From a virus (taxonomy: Duplodnaviria; Caudoviricetes): 43,923 bases of DNA. The notes under the pieces are model-generated. The model saw only the letters and a list, made by a program, of their open reading frames with translations, was not told the origin of the DNA and ran no database searches. The DNA lies in the IMG/VR virus record IMGVR_UViG_3300025621_001497, positions 1 to 43,923 of that record; one strand, given 5' to 3'. Within the stretch, counting starts at the first letter, position 1, and every line of letters starts with the position of its first letter. The position numbers and the translations under genes are program-made. Shown here piece by piece: positions 18,771-28,626 of the stretch.

Positions 18771-19523
18771 TCACGCAGCCTTGTCGACGATATTCATCTC
18801 GCAAAACTTGGAGATGTCGTTGCTCAGCACCAGCGGATCAGCCAGCAGCTCGGCAGGGCCTTCCAGCTTCAGGTACTCCTGGCCGAACACTGGCAACTCC
18901 GACAGCATGCCGAATTTCACGCGGCGCAGGTGCAAGCTGTAGGGCTCACCGCTCTGGGCATCGTTTAGGCCAGCAATGTAGATCTCCAACTCCACCTGGC
19001 TGCCGTTGAGCATCTGCACAGCGCTCGACTTCAGTTTGGTGTAGGTGGCCTTGATCCCGGCAGAGGTGATAACCCCACTGCCCGTCACCAGAATGCCGTG
19101 CGGCGTAACCAGGTAGTCAGTACCCGGCTGCAGGGCAGCATCAGCAGCAGTGACAACCGTGATTGGTGCGGTCAAGTCAGGCAGGTGTTTGAAAGGAATC
19201 AGCTCGCCTTCAATACCCTCACAGGTACGCGGCTCAGCAGTGATCACCCCTGCTGCAACCGGTACGACAGTGGAGCGCGTAACCCGCGCCAGGTTGGTTG
19301 CGGTCAGGTCATACAGTCCAATGGTGGACGCCACGTCAGTGACCTGCTCGCGCACGTTGCGGTTGCCACCACCGCCACGAAAGTTTCGCAGCGTTTTACG
19401 GTCACTGGTGAAGCTGATGTTAAAGACGTCGCAGTTGCCAAGATCAAGAAAAGCATCCTGAGACTGGTAGGCGCGGGCATAGGGAATGCCCTCGCCAATA
19501 AACGAGCGGTCGATTTGAGGCAT
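18771..19523 (-). CDS. Major tail tube protein
   Basis: 250 aa, position after head-tail genes, SFIGEG..Y...LGNC N-terminus. Confidence 0.75.
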   Translation of the reverse strand: MPQIDRSFIGEGIPYARAYQSQDAFLDLGNCDVFNISFTSDRKTLRNFRGGGGNRNVREQVTDVASTIGLYDLTATNLARVTRSTVVPVAAGVITAEPRTCEGIEGELIPFKHLPDLTAPITVVTAADAALQPGTDYLVTPHGILVTGSGVITSAGIKATYTKLKSSAVQMLNGSQVELEIYIAGLNDAQSGEPYSLHLRRVKFGMLSELPVFGQEYLKLEGPAELLADPLVLSNDISKFCEMNIVDKAA

Positions 19524-19546
19524 TTGAGCTCTCCTGGCTGGGCGGG

Positions 19547-19738
19547 TTATTTGCCAGCTTCAGCCGGGGCGACAGGCGCTTCAGCTTTGGCTTTGGCTTT
19601 GGGTTTCGGGGTGTAGCCTTGCTTCAGGGCATGCTCAGCAACAGCTTGAGGCACATCCTGATCAGGGCCTTTTTTGTAGTGAGTCACGACCCCGCCCGAG
19701 GCGAAGTTGAATGGCTCAGTGATAGTGATCTTGGGCAT
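19547..19738 (-). CDS. Small virion-associated hypothetical protein (63 aa)
   Basis: MPKITITEPFNF; GAGGA SD; Lys/Ala/Pro tail. Confidence 0.7.
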   Translation of the reverse strand: MPKITITEPFNFASGGVVTHYKKGPDQDVPQAVAEHALKQGYTPKPKAKAKAEAPVAPAEAGK

Positions 19739-19748
19739 TGCGGTGTCC

Positions 19749-20186
19749 TCACTTGAGGGGTTGCACGTAGGTGATCTGCACAGGCAGCACGTGACAGGCC
19801 CAGCTCCGGCCTTGGCCGGGGGGCATGGGGGTTTCAGTTTGAAAAGCAGCGAGCTGGACACCCTGGGTGGTAAGCCCTGCCTTGATACCTGGCAGAGCGA
19901 CCTTGATGCCCAGTCGGGCTGCACGCAGGTGCACTGCAAAGTCGCGGCGCTTGGTAATGCAGGTGATGTTCAAGATCACACGCTCACGAACACCACCGCC
20001 GGACTGGCGCTCCACCTCCTCAGTGGTACCCGGCTGGATGACGATGAAGTCATCCGGCAAGGCGTCATCAGCGGAGTCGATGACGCGCAGCACACTGTCC
20101 TCAAACACCCGGCCGCCGAATGAATCGACGGCAGCCAGGCGCGCCTTCAACTCCGCAACGATGGCGGATTGCATATCGATAGGCAT
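19749..20186 (-). CDS. Tail terminator-like protein
   Basis: Size and position between head-tail joining and tail tube genes. Confidence 0.6.
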   Translation of the reverse strand: MPIDMQSAIVAELKARLAAVDSFGGRVFEDSVLRVIDSADDALPDDFIVIQPGTTEEVERQSGGGVRERVILNITCITKRRDFAVHLRAARLGIKVALPGIKAGLTTQGVQLAAFQTETPMPPGQGRSWACHVLPVQITYVQPLK

Positions 20187-20188
20187 GG

Positions 20189-20524
20189 TCAGGGCTTCAC
20201 ATAGAAGGTGATCAGGTGGCCGTCATCTTCGGCAATGCCGTCGATGTGCCAGGTCTTACCGTCAGCGCCCCACACAGCTGGATCGAGGCGAAACGCCCCC
20301 TGGCGATCCAGCGGCTGAAGCAGTTTGCGACGAACCGTGATGGTCACCGATCGGTCCACCATGCCGCTGACGATGTCCACGCGCTCAATATCCTTATCGA
20401 GCATCACCTCAATCCCCCAGACCAATATGGCTCCGGAGGCATTGAGGTAATCGGCAAGGCCATCACTGAGGGAGGCCATCACTGCAGCGTCGAGCGCAGC
20501 GATACAAGCGCCGAACCCGGCCAT
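20189..20524 (-). CDS. Head-tail joining (head closure, gpFII-like) protein
   Basis: Directly after the major capsid gene; W.IDGIAEDDG.LI C-terminus. Confidence 0.6.
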   Translation of the reverse strand: MAGFGACIAALDAAVMASLSDGLADYLNASGAILVWGIEVMLDKDIERVDIVSGMVDRSVTITVRRKLLQPLDRQGAFRLDPAVWGADGKTWHIDGIAEDDGHLITFYVKP

Positions 20525-20526
20525 GG

Positions 20527-21525
20527 CTAGATGATCAGCTCGCGGACGGAGGTCGGACGGGTACACAGGTGCAGCGGGTTGGACTGCGCCTCGCCCTCTA
20601 CGCCCTTGTCGAACCGCATCACCTCCAGCTTGGAGTAGTACGGCATACCCTCGGTGTTGACCGTTTCCATGTAGTCAGCCGGCGCGAAGGCGCTGATGAA
20701 CAGTTCCGGCACACCCATCGGCACAACGAAGGCGCGATCAGTGGGTACGAAGTTAGAGCCGCCCAGCTGGCCCTTGTAACGCTCCCAGGTGATGCCACCG
20801 AATTCAAACGGCTGGCGACGATCACCCAAGAGCTGCGCTGCAGCCTGCCAGCCGAGGTAGGCTTCGCGGACTTTCGGATGGCCGATCAGTTTCTTCCAAT
20901 ATTCTTTACCGCAATACGCATGGGCGCCCGTGCTGGTAACAGCACCGAGTGCGTCTTCCTGCGTGTCCAGCACCTCGACGCACTTGGCGCTTACGTCGGT
21001 ATCGTCGTTGTTCAGCTCCATGCTGAAGGCTTTTGGGCGCTTGATATCGAAACGCTGGAAGATATCGAACAGCACACTTTGGCCATCGGCATCGACCACC
21101 TTGCCCATGATCGCGCCAATACGCTGGAATTCATGGGTGAGGTCGAGCTGACGCCGCACCTTTTCAACACGCTTTGCCACGTAGGCCTGAACCTGCATCA
21201 GCTCAGTCATACTGCCGACAGCGCGAATGCCCTGGATTTCGTCCGCCAGGATCTGGAAGGTCTGCGGAAGGTGCACGGTGTTGAAAGGGATCAAGCAGCG
21301 CTTGTCACCGGTTACAACCTGGCCGGTGCTGCCGCGGGCTGCCGCCTTTACCAGCGCCAGGGTCATGCCGTCCTTCTCGATCTGCACGACGGTGCTGTTG
21401 ACGCCCTGCTCTTCGAACAGGCCAGCAGCAGCGATCTGCCCCGGCAATACGTGGTCTTCGTTGATGACGGCGAGCAGCGCAGGTACGCCAAACGCCTCGT
21501 CTTGGAAAATGGTGATTTCGGCCAT
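20527..21525 (-). CDS. Major capsid protein (lambda gpE family)
   Basis: 332 aa; FAPADYMETVNT.G.PYY and EAQSNPLHLCTRP motifs; AGGAG SD. Confidence 0.92.
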   Translation of the reverse strand: MAEITIFQDEAFGVPALLAVINEDHVLPGQIAAAGLFEEQGVNSTVVQIEKDGMTLALVKAAARGSTGQVVTGDKRCLIPFNTVHLPQTFQILADEIQGIRAVGSMTELMQVQAYVAKRVEKVRRQLDLTHEFQRIGAIMGKVVDADGQSVLFDIFQRFDIKRPKAFSMELNNDDTDVSAKCVEVLDTQEDALGAVTSTGAHAYCGKEYWKKLIGHPKVREAYLGWQAAAQLLGDRRQPFEFGGITWERYKGQLGGSNFVPTDRAFVVPMGVPELFISAFAPADYMETVNTEGMPYYSKLEVMRFDKGVEGEAQSNPLHLCTRPTSVRELII

Positions 21526-21593
21526 GGTGGGCTCCTAGAAATGCGAAACCCCGCTGGTGCGGGGCTTGGGGTGATGGGGTTTGCCGGGTGGTT

Positions 21594-22229
21594 TTAAGGA
21601 CGGATGACGAAGCCCTTGGCGATCAGGTCGGCGCGGCCGTTGGTATCCAGGCCGGTGAGCAGGCGTTCAATCACCTCGGCATCGCGCATCACGGCGGCGG
21701 CACGAACATCGTTCACGGTGGCATCCACCGAGGCGAACAAAATGCCGCTGGCGGCGCGACGGCCGTCGTCGGTGCCATCGTCGTCATAGGCGGTGTATTC
21801 ACCCAGGCTGGCCACCACCGCCAGGGTGAAGCTGTCGTCGACAGCGAAGTCGGTTGAACCATCGGCCAGGGTGAAAGTCAGCCCACCACCCGTGAATACT
21901 TGGCCAACAGTACCTTCACCGACCACAGCACCGGTCGGATCGACCACTTCGAACTTACCGCCGTTGGCGGCGGCTTCGGTGATGGTCAGCAGATAGCTAC
22001 CGCTGATAGCAGCACTGGTGACGGTAACCGAGCCGATGGTGCCGTTGCCGGTGTTGCCGCCATCAGCGGTGGGGGTCAGAGCGTTGGCGGCGGTGATCAG
22101 TGCGATCAAGGTGCCTGCCTCGAGAATCCCGGAGCCGGCGGCAATGACCACCTCCTCGCGGCTACGGGTGCCGTTGGCCTCCGAAAGGAGGAACTCACCG
22201 GTGTACACGCCTTCGGTTTTGATGGTCAT
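21594..22229 (-). CDS. Head decoration protein (gpD-like) with internal insertion
   Basis: GEFLLSEANGTRSREEV N-terminus and AAVMRDAEV...L.GLD C-terminus around a Gly/Thr-rich insert. Confidence 0.8.
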   Translation of the reverse strand: MTIKTEGVYTGEFLLSEANGTRSREEVVIAAGSGILEAGTLIALITAANALTPTADGGNTGNGTIGSVTVTSAAISGSYLLTITEAAANGGKFEVVDPTGAVVGEGTVGQVFTGGGLTFTLADGSTDFAVDDSFTLAVVASLGEYTAYDDDGTDDGRRAASGILFASVDATVNDVRAAAVMRDAEVIERLLTGLDTNGRADLIAKGFVIRP

Positions 22230-23431
22230 GCTTGTTTTCCTCCTTTCGAGGCTTGGGTAATACGACGCTGGGCGTAGACCTGACTCGGCGTCGGGGGTTG
22301 GTGTGCGCTGGCCTGCGGGGCATCATCAAGCGGCGGCAGGTTGCTGATCTCGACCGTGCTGCTGTTTTTGGCCAGTTTGTCGAACAGCTTCGCCCGGGCC
22401 TGGTCACCGGTGAGGCCGGCTTCAATCAGGCCCTGGGCATCATCCGGTAGCTTGGCCACCAAGCATGCCGCGCGAACTTCCTTAGCGCGGGTAAGGTGCG
22501 CCTGTACTGCATCGGTACTGGCCAGGGCACTTGCACGAATGAGATAGGGCAAACAGTTGCTCAGGCCTGCCTGCTCACAATCGGCTGCAAGTTTGGCGGC
22601 CAGCTCCGAGGCTTCCGGGGTATTGGGCACCGGTTCAGGCTCTGGATTTGGCTCGGGTACTGGGGCGGGCGGCTCCACAACTTCCGCCACCAAGCGCCGC
22701 GCCGCTTCTGGGACATTGCGATAACGGTTGAGGATCTTGCCCCGCTCGGCATTGTTGGCGAACGGCTGGCCACCGCCGAGCACTTCATCGACGAAACCAT
22801 GGCTCAGTGCTTCGGCGGCGGTAAGCCACGTGGTGTCGTTGATCATGCGCCGCAGCTCAGCGTCATCCACGTTCAAGGCGCGGTGCTGGTAACTGGTGAT
22901 GATGCTTTCGAAGGCCTTGTCCATCATGTCGGCCATCTTGCGCAGCTCGTCGCTGTCGCCGGCCATCCAAGTCCAGGGGTTGTGAATCATCAGCATGGCG
23001 TTGTCGGCCATGACTACACGGTGCGCCCCACACACGGCCACGCTGCCAGCACTGAAGCAAGCACCATCGATAAAGCCAGTGCAGCGCTCACCCAGTGCCC
23101 GCAGAGTGTTGTGGATGGCAATGCCATCGAAGAGATCCCCGCCTTCGGTGTCGAAGTGCACGTGCACCTCTGACACGCCATTGTCAGCCTCCTTGAGGTC
23201 GCGGATAAAATCACCAGAGGTCACACCCCAGAACCCAATATCGCCGTAGATGTAGACCTCGATTGGCTTGCCGGATGCCTGTTCGGCGGCCTTAATGCTG
23301 TACCAGCTTTCGGCTTGCAGCTCAGGCATGCCGCCTGCCTTGTTGAGGATGCGAGGCGGATCGGCATAAACGAACCCAGGCGCCGCCAGTGCGACGGACA
23401 GGGCGAGAGCCAGGTGTTTGTGCTTCATCAT
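22226..23431 (-). CDS. ClpP-type (S14) prohead protease fused to scaffold domain
   Basis: IYGDIG.WG, GGDLFDGIAI.N.L, IDG.CFSAGSV, MIHNPW, TTWLTAAEA...GFVDEV. Confidence 0.9.
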   Translation of the reverse strand: MMKHKHLALALSVALAAPGFVYADPPRILNKAGGMPELQAESWYSIKAAEQASGKPIEVYIYGDIGFWGVTSGDFIRDLKEADNGVSEVHVHFDTEGGDLFDGIAIHNTLRALGERCTGFIDGACFSAGSVAVCGAHRVVMADNAMLMIHNPWTWMAGDSDELRKMADMMDKAFESIITSYQHRALNVDDAELRRMINDTTWLTAAEALSHGFVDEVLGGGQPFANNAERGKILNRYRNVPEAARRLVAEVVEPPAPVPEPNPEPEPVPNTPEASELAAKLAADCEQAGLSNCLPYLIRASALASTDAVQAHLTRAKEVRAACLVAKLPDDAQGLIEAGLTGDQARAKLFDKLAKNSSTVEISNLPPLDDAPQASAHQPPTPSQVYAQRRITQASKGGKQA

Positions 23432-24888
23432 TTTTCGTCCTCTTTCTCGGCCGCCATAGCGGCCGTGTCGGTGGTGTATTCAAGCCCGAGCGTTTGGGCC
23501 CGGAGGTTATCGTCGGCGTTTTCCTGGTCGATGACTTCGGCGTCGTAGCCGCTGCGGAGTGCGTGCTCGCTGCGGCTGGCCAAACCACCCTTGATCTCCA
23601 GCAACTTGCCTTGCACGTCCTGCACGGGGTGCATGTAGGCCCAGCCCTGCGGCACCCAGCGCGTGCGCAAGTAGTCGCGCCGCTTGGCCTGGTAGTCAGG
23701 CAGTTGGATGGCTCCGGAGAGCCATGCAGCGTCAAGCCAGGCGGCTCGCACTGGGCGGCAAAGCTGGAACACGTACACACCGAACTGGAGCTGTTCGATA
23801 CGGCGGCGGAACTCGTTCAGCAGCACACGCAAAACGCGGTCACTGATGTCGGCCATGTCGCCTGTCAGCAACTCATAGGGCAGTTCGATACCTGCAGCGG
23901 CAGCCATAAGCTGTTGGCGCATGAAGTCGACGTAGGTGTCGCCGGCTGCTGGTGGGTCAGAGAACTTAACCTCCTCCCCCTCCATTAATTCCTGCAGGGT
24001 GCCCGGCTCCATCGCCACCATCGGTACACCGTCGGTGTCCGTGGTGAATGGCTGTCCGGTTGCAGGATCAATGGCCTGAGGCCCTTCCCCACGCGGCTTA
24101 GTGATGAAGCCGGCAAAGAGGTTGGCCACCTCCTGCCGGAACAACACCGCGTCGTCATAGTTGTCCAGCGACTTGAGCCGCAGCAGCACAGGCGCCAGGC
24201 GCGGGATGCCCCGCAGTTGGCCACCTTCCAGCGGTTCAAAGATGTGCAGCACCTCGCTGGCCGGGATGCGGTTCAGCGTGTTGTAGCTGGCACCCAGGGC
24301 GCGTGAGTCGCCTGGGTGGTTCTTCCACATCCAGTAGGCAACCCGCCGGCCTACCTGGTCGAACTCAATCCCTGCCCGCACCACGTTGCCGCGCCGAGTA
24401 ACAAAGTTGCGATCCAGAGGTACGAATTCGGCAGCGAGGATCTGCAATTGCAGCGGTACAGCAAGGCCATCTTCAGAGCGGCGGTAGCGCCGCCGCACGA
24501 AGCATTCACCGGCCTCCTCGACCATTCTGGCAATAAGGCTCTGCTGCCCGTAGAAGTCGGTCAGGTTATCGGCGTCCGACTCGTCGGCCCAGTCACTCCA
24601 AAGCTGGTTGACTGCACTGCGCAGGACAGGATCTAGGATCTGCGCGCGTGGAGTTATGCCGGTGCCGATCAGACTACTGACCCGCTTGGAGATCCCACTG
24701 GCAGCCCAGGGGTTGTTGCGGACTGCCGCCTTGGAACGTTTGCGCAGGGTCGGCAGAGCCGGTATAGCAACGGCGTTAAGCGCAGCGTCGGGAGCATCCC
24801 AGCTTTGGGATCGCCGCCCCTGACCGGCACCTTCGTAGCTGTTCAGTGTCTGCAGACGGCGCGGATTGGCTCGGATTCGATAACCCAT
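23428..24888 (-). CDS. Portal protein, lambda family
   Basis: YEGAGQGRR, GIEFD..GRRVAYW, GQLRG.P.LAPVL, YELLTGD motifs. Confidence 0.93.
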   Translation of the reverse strand: MGYRIRANPRRLQTLNSYEGAGQGRRSQSWDAPDAALNAVAIPALPTLRKRSKAAVRNNPWAASGISKRVSSLIGTGITPRAQILDPVLRSAVNQLWSDWADESDADNLTDFYGQQSLIARMVEEAGECFVRRRYRRSEDGLAVPLQLQILAAEFVPLDRNFVTRRGNVVRAGIEFDQVGRRVAYWMWKNHPGDSRALGASYNTLNRIPASEVLHIFEPLEGGQLRGIPRLAPVLLRLKSLDNYDDAVLFRQEVANLFAGFITKPRGEGPQAIDPATGQPFTTDTDGVPMVAMEPGTLQELMEGEEVKFSDPPAAGDTYVDFMRQQLMAAAAGIELPYELLTGDMADISDRVLRVLLNEFRRRIEQLQFGVYVFQLCRPVRAAWLDAAWLSGAIQLPDYQAKRRDYLRTRWVPQGWAYMHPVQDVQGKLLEIKGGLASRSEHALRSGYDAEVIDQENADDNLRAQTLGLEYTTDTAAMAAEKEDEK

Positions 24889-25106
24889 TACGCCCCCTTG
24901 CCACGACTGTAGAGCCGAACTTGCCGGGGCTTGCCGGCTCGCGCCTCGCGGTCGGCATCGGTTGCATACTGCGACTCCAGCATGCGTAGACTGGCGAGCG
25001 CGGCGCGATCCAAACGGCGATCACCCTTGCTGATGCTCTGCCCGGTTTCGAGGATTTCCTTGATCGACGCCCGGACTTCATCCAGGCGCTGTTGTGCGCT
25101 TGCCAT
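24888..25106 (-). CDS. gpW-like head-tail joining protein
   Basis: 72 aa between terminase and portal; ETGQSI..GDRRL.RA.L..L. Confidence 0.75.
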   Translation of the reverse strand: MASAQQRLDEVRASIKEILETGQSISKGDRRLDRAALASLRMLESQYATDADREARAGKPRQVRLYSRGKGA

Positions 25107-25121
25107 GTGGGCGCCCTCTTA

Positions 25122-27092
25122 TCATCGTTTCAGGTAGGCGCTCCGGGAGACCCGACGCGCAGTTGGTTGCGGTGCTGGCTTGCTTGCCGGTGGAGAGGTG
25201 GACTGAGCCGCCTCTTCCATCACCGCAACAACGTTGCTGCTTGCTGCTGGATACGCGAACAAGCTGCCCTGGCTGACTGCCGCCCGCAGCTTGCTCCACT
25301 CAGCCTGGTGGTAACGGTGCAGTCCAAGGAACTGGGCAGCGGCCTGGTTGTAAACAAGCAGGTCGAGCACTTCATTGCGCTCAGCCTTGCCCTTGACCCA
25401 AACGGTGCGTTTGTAGCCCTTGACGTACACGGTGATCTTCCTCTCGGCCACCGCCTGCTCGTAGAACTCGTCGGGCAGGTCATTGGAGAAGTGCAAGGCG
25501 CCAGGGCCGTCGACGAACGGGTAGCGGTTGTAGATCCAGTCCTTCGCGGTGTCAGTACCGATGATCCACAACTCAGCGCCCTGTTTCTCTGTCTGGCCGT
25601 TGTGTTTCACATCGACCTTTGACGGGCGCTGGGCCAGCACCGGCCGGCCTGGTTTGCTCGCGCCTTTCACGGCAATCACGTTGCGCCAGCGACGTAGCCG
25701 AGTGAACTTGTAGACCTCATCTGTGTGGTGGCCACCGGAGTCGATGGCCGTTGCGCAGATGGCTAGCTCAACGCCAGAGGCATGCCGATATCGGCGCTTC
25801 AACTGTTCGTCCAGTGCATTCCAGGTGCGCTCATCTGCTGGGTCGCCGGCTACAACTTGGAAGTCGACCACCCAACGTTCGAGGCCTTCGCCCCAGCCGA
25901 TAACCAGCATTTCCAGCCGGTTGTGCTGCACGTCCACTGCGGCGGTGAGAATGAACGCACCGGGTGGCACCGAACCCAAGCGGTAATCCTCGGCGCGGGC
26001 CTTCAGCTCGGTGGCCTTGGTCATCGCTTGAGCGGAATCCCAGACCAAGGCCAGGCGGGTGTTATAGAACACCTGCATGGGTTCGTTGTCGCCACGGTCG
26101 GCGGCCAGCTTGGCTTTGTCGTACTGCTTGGCCAGGCTCGACCAGGCCATCCAACCCAGCGGCGAATACAAGGCGTTGAGGTGGAAACCAACTGTCTCGC
26201 CGTCGCCTTGCGCCGTGGCGCGCCACTCGCCCGCCTGGAGCATCGTGGTTTTGTGGTGCTCCTCGATCAGCGCCCCACAACCATCGTTGCCGCACAGGTA
26301 GTCAACGCGCTTGTAATCGGCAGTCCATTTGAGGTTTTCCCAATCAAGCACCTGGTGCATTCCGCAATGCGGGCACGGGACGAAGTAGCGGCGTTTGTCG
26401 CTGCTTTCGTACAGGTCATCAATCCGCGATGCGCCCTTGATCGTCGGCGAGCTGGAGAAGTAGAACTTCGCCTTGCGGCCGAACGTGGTACCGCGTGCCT
26501 CGGCGAGCTCAATGGGGTCGCCTTCGCTGTCTACGTCCACATCCCAACGGTCAATCTCGTCGCCGTACACATAACGTGCGGACAGTTCTGCCAGGTTGGC
26601 AGCGGAGCCGGCTGTGGTGCAGTAGAGCGTCCCGCCCTCGAACTCTTTGGTGTCGAGGGTGTTGCGGGCATCACGCGAGCGCGGCTTAGCAACGCGCTTG
26701 GCCAGCTCCGGTACCGCTTTGATCGTTTTGTCTATCCGGCTGGATACGCGGCGAGCCAGCTTCTCGCTAGGCAGCAGCGCCAGGATGTTAGCCGGCGCCA
26801 TGTGGATGTTCCCGCCGATCCAGTTCAGCGCGATCTGCGTTTTCATCATCTGCGAAGCGACCATTGTCACCACGCGTTTGCTGGGATGCAGCGGCGACAG
26901 GCAACGCATTGGCTCGCGGGCGAACGGCGTACGGTCGGTGTGGTACTTGCCGGGCTCAGCTGCGCCGGTGTCCTTCGGGATGCGTTGGTATTCGTCGGAC
27001 CATTGGTCGATCCACAGTTCGGGATCGAGCTCAAGGCCACGGTGGTATGCCGCACGGTACGTGGCGGCACCGTCGGCATACGGATGTTGCAT
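25122..27092 (-). CDS. Terminase large subunit (lambda GpA family)
   Basis: ASQMMKTQ Walker A variant, YGDEIDRW Walker B, SSPTIKG.SRI, VPCPHCG, AIDSGG, RNEVLD. Confidence 0.95.
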   Translation of the reverse strand: MQHPYADGAATYRAAYHRGLELDPELWIDQWSDEYQRIPKDTGAAEPGKYHTDRTPFAREPMRCLSPLHPSKRVVTMVASQMMKTQIALNWIGGNIHMAPANILALLPSEKLARRVSSRIDKTIKAVPELAKRVAKPRSRDARNTLDTKEFEGGTLYCTTAGSAANLAELSARYVYGDEIDRWDVDVDSEGDPIELAEARGTTFGRKAKFYFSSSPTIKGASRIDDLYESSDKRRYFVPCPHCGMHQVLDWENLKWTADYKRVDYLCGNDGCGALIEEHHKTTMLQAGEWRATAQGDGETVGFHLNALYSPLGWMAWSSLAKQYDKAKLAADRGDNEPMQVFYNTRLALVWDSAQAMTKATELKARAEDYRLGSVPPGAFILTAAVDVQHNRLEMLVIGWGEGLERWVVDFQVVAGDPADERTWNALDEQLKRRYRHASGVELAICATAIDSGGHHTDEVYKFTRLRRWRNVIAVKGASKPGRPVLAQRPSKVDVKHNGQTEKQGAELWIIGTDTAKDWIYNRYPFVDGPGALHFSNDLPDEFYEQAVAERKITVYVKGYKRTVWVKGKAERNEVLDLLVYNQAAAQFLGLHRYHQAEWSKLRAAVSQGSLFAYPAASSNVVAVMEEAAQSTSPPASKPAPQPTARRVSRSAYLKR

Positions 27093-27094
27093 GG

Positions 27095-27673
27095 CTAGTT
27101 TGGCTCCTTCGCCCCCTGCTCCAGTTCGGAGTCCAATTGCACCAGGCTGGCGGCGTCCTCAAGGACGCTGCGCAGCAACTCGGTCAGGCGGCGTTCCATT
27201 TCCCAAGAATCAGTGATGGCCACGAGCTCGCCGGCCACCTTAGGCGGCAAGCCCAGCACTAGGTCGCGGAGGGTGCGTGCTGCCGAGAAAGCGGCACGGT
27301 CAACGGCGGCGCGCTCAACAAGTTGGCCTCGGCCTTTCAAGAACTCGTCTTCTGCCAGCAGCGCCAGGTAGTGTTCGCGGTGTGCACGGGCTTTCTGATA
27401 GTTGTCCCCACCACTGGATAGAACCGGCAATGAGGCCGGCGCCTGCGGCGTAACCAGGGAATGCACTCCCTTTTCGGCGCGGTCACGTTGGTGGCGATCA
27501 GCAACGCCGGCCTTGCTTGGATCGGCGGTCTCGCCGAGCAGCGCCAGAGTGGCCTCAACCTCGACGTGACCCTTTTCGTTCAGTACCAGACGCCCTTGTC
27601 CGGCCAGCTTGGACACATAGGGCCGGGACCAGCCTTGGCTATCTGCGAACTCTGACTTCTTCATGACCGTCAT
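27095..27673 (-). CDS. Terminase small subunit
   Basis: N-terminal HTH (KSEFA...GWSRPYVSKL), coiled-coil C-terminus, directly upstream of TerL. Confidence 0.85.
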   Translation of the reverse strand: MTVMKKSEFADSQGWSRPYVSKLAGQGRLVLNEKGHVEVEATLALLGETADPSKAGVADRHQRDRAEKGVHSLVTPQAPASLPVLSSGGDNYQKARAHREHYLALLAEDEFLKGRGQLVERAAVDRAAFSAARTLRDLVLGLPPKVAGELVAITDSWEMERRLTELLRSVLEDAASLVQLDSELEQGAKEPN

Positions 27674-27682
27674 GAATTCACC

Positions 27683-27815
27683 TGTTAACCAGAAACACGT
27701 ACAGAGTTAACCGAATTAACCCCTGTTAACTAACCCTCAGAGCCTCCCACTACCGCGAGAGCGGGGCTTGAATTACCCTTGCCGCATCCAGCGCCCCAGG
27801 GGCCCCGACAGGTTG
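27683..27815. repeat. Candidate cos/packaging region with TTAAC repeats
   Basis: GTTAAC at 27684, 27706 and 27725, plus ATTAAC and CTAAC variants; non-coding, upstream of terS. Confidence 0.5.
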
Positions 27816-27855
27816 AGCCACGCCCTGTCCCGACAAGTCCGCGCATGGCACGCCA

Positions 27856-28626
27856 CTAGCCCCGTCTGCCGCGCATCTTCGGCAGGCGCCCACTCAGTGC
27901 ATCGGCAATCGCTTTGTCTATGTTCGCTTCGAGCTGTCCATCGTTCTCGGCAACCCGTCGCACCACATCATGGAACTTGAAGCGCTCGCGGTACTGCGGT
28001 TGACGCACGAAGGCGAGCACCATCACCAAGTTCTTCCCGCGCCGCTCTGCAATGCCTATGGGTGTCTTGCCGCGCTTCAGCACAAAGAACGCCAGTGCGT
28101 GGCCCTTGCGTAGTGAGCGCTTGCTATCCGTAGCAGCGTTATCCGACCCGGCCAACTTCATCGCCTTGAGGCCAGACAGAATCTGCATCATGTGGCCCTT
28201 CTGGATGTTCCCGTAGGCATCCATTCGAGCACCGGCTGCAGGAACGATGAAACGCCCGGCAGGCAGAATTCCCGACTCGCGCAAGTATCCCTCACTGCGC
28301 CGCTTAATCCGTTCGCCCCCTTCAACCTGGGGCATCAGGTAGTCTTTAGCAGTGAACGGGTTCTTACCTGCGGCTTGATCCTGAACCCACAGAGCGGCCT
28401 CCGGGCTGGCTGATGGTTTGGCCTGCAGCACCCGGATGGAGTTGAGAACCCACGGCGTAGGCTTTGGCTCAAAGATGTTCTCCATCTCAGTACGCAACGC
28501 CTGCCGTGCCTGGTTGGCGGTGTGGTTCAGCGCATCAGCCAACGCGCTGGGCGCCAACCCATCACCAAGCCTTGCGAGTACAGCCAGCGCATCATCCAAG
28601 CCATCGGCAGTGATGCGCCCTCTCAC
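27856..28626 (-). CDS. Conserved phage late protein of unknown function
   Basis: 256 aa basic protein coupled to the holin by a GTGA overlap. Confidence 0.75.
   Translation of the reverse strand: MRGRITADGLDDALAVLARLGDGLAPSALADALNHTANQARQALRTEMENIFEPKPTPWVLNSIRVLQAKPSASPEAALWVQDQAAGKNPFTAKDYLMPQVEGGERIKRRSEGYLRESGILPAGRFIVPAAGARMDAYGNIQKGHMMQILSGLKAMKLAGSDNAATDSKRSLRKGHALAFFVLKRGKTPIGIAERRGKNLVMVLAFVRQPQYRERFKFHDVVRRVAENDGQLEANIDKAIADALSGRLPKMRGRRG

Noticed and set aside
25782-27098. 438-aa + strand ORF (also 20569-21597, 33419-34555, 30771-31778)
   Set aside because: Antisense shadows of GC-rich genes without SD or coupled ends; they show why long antisense ORFs alone are weak evidence
28620-28626. 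Extra CTCTCAC/GTGAGAG box
   Set aside because: Formed by the GTGA start/stop overlap of two late genes; no hairpin or partner box
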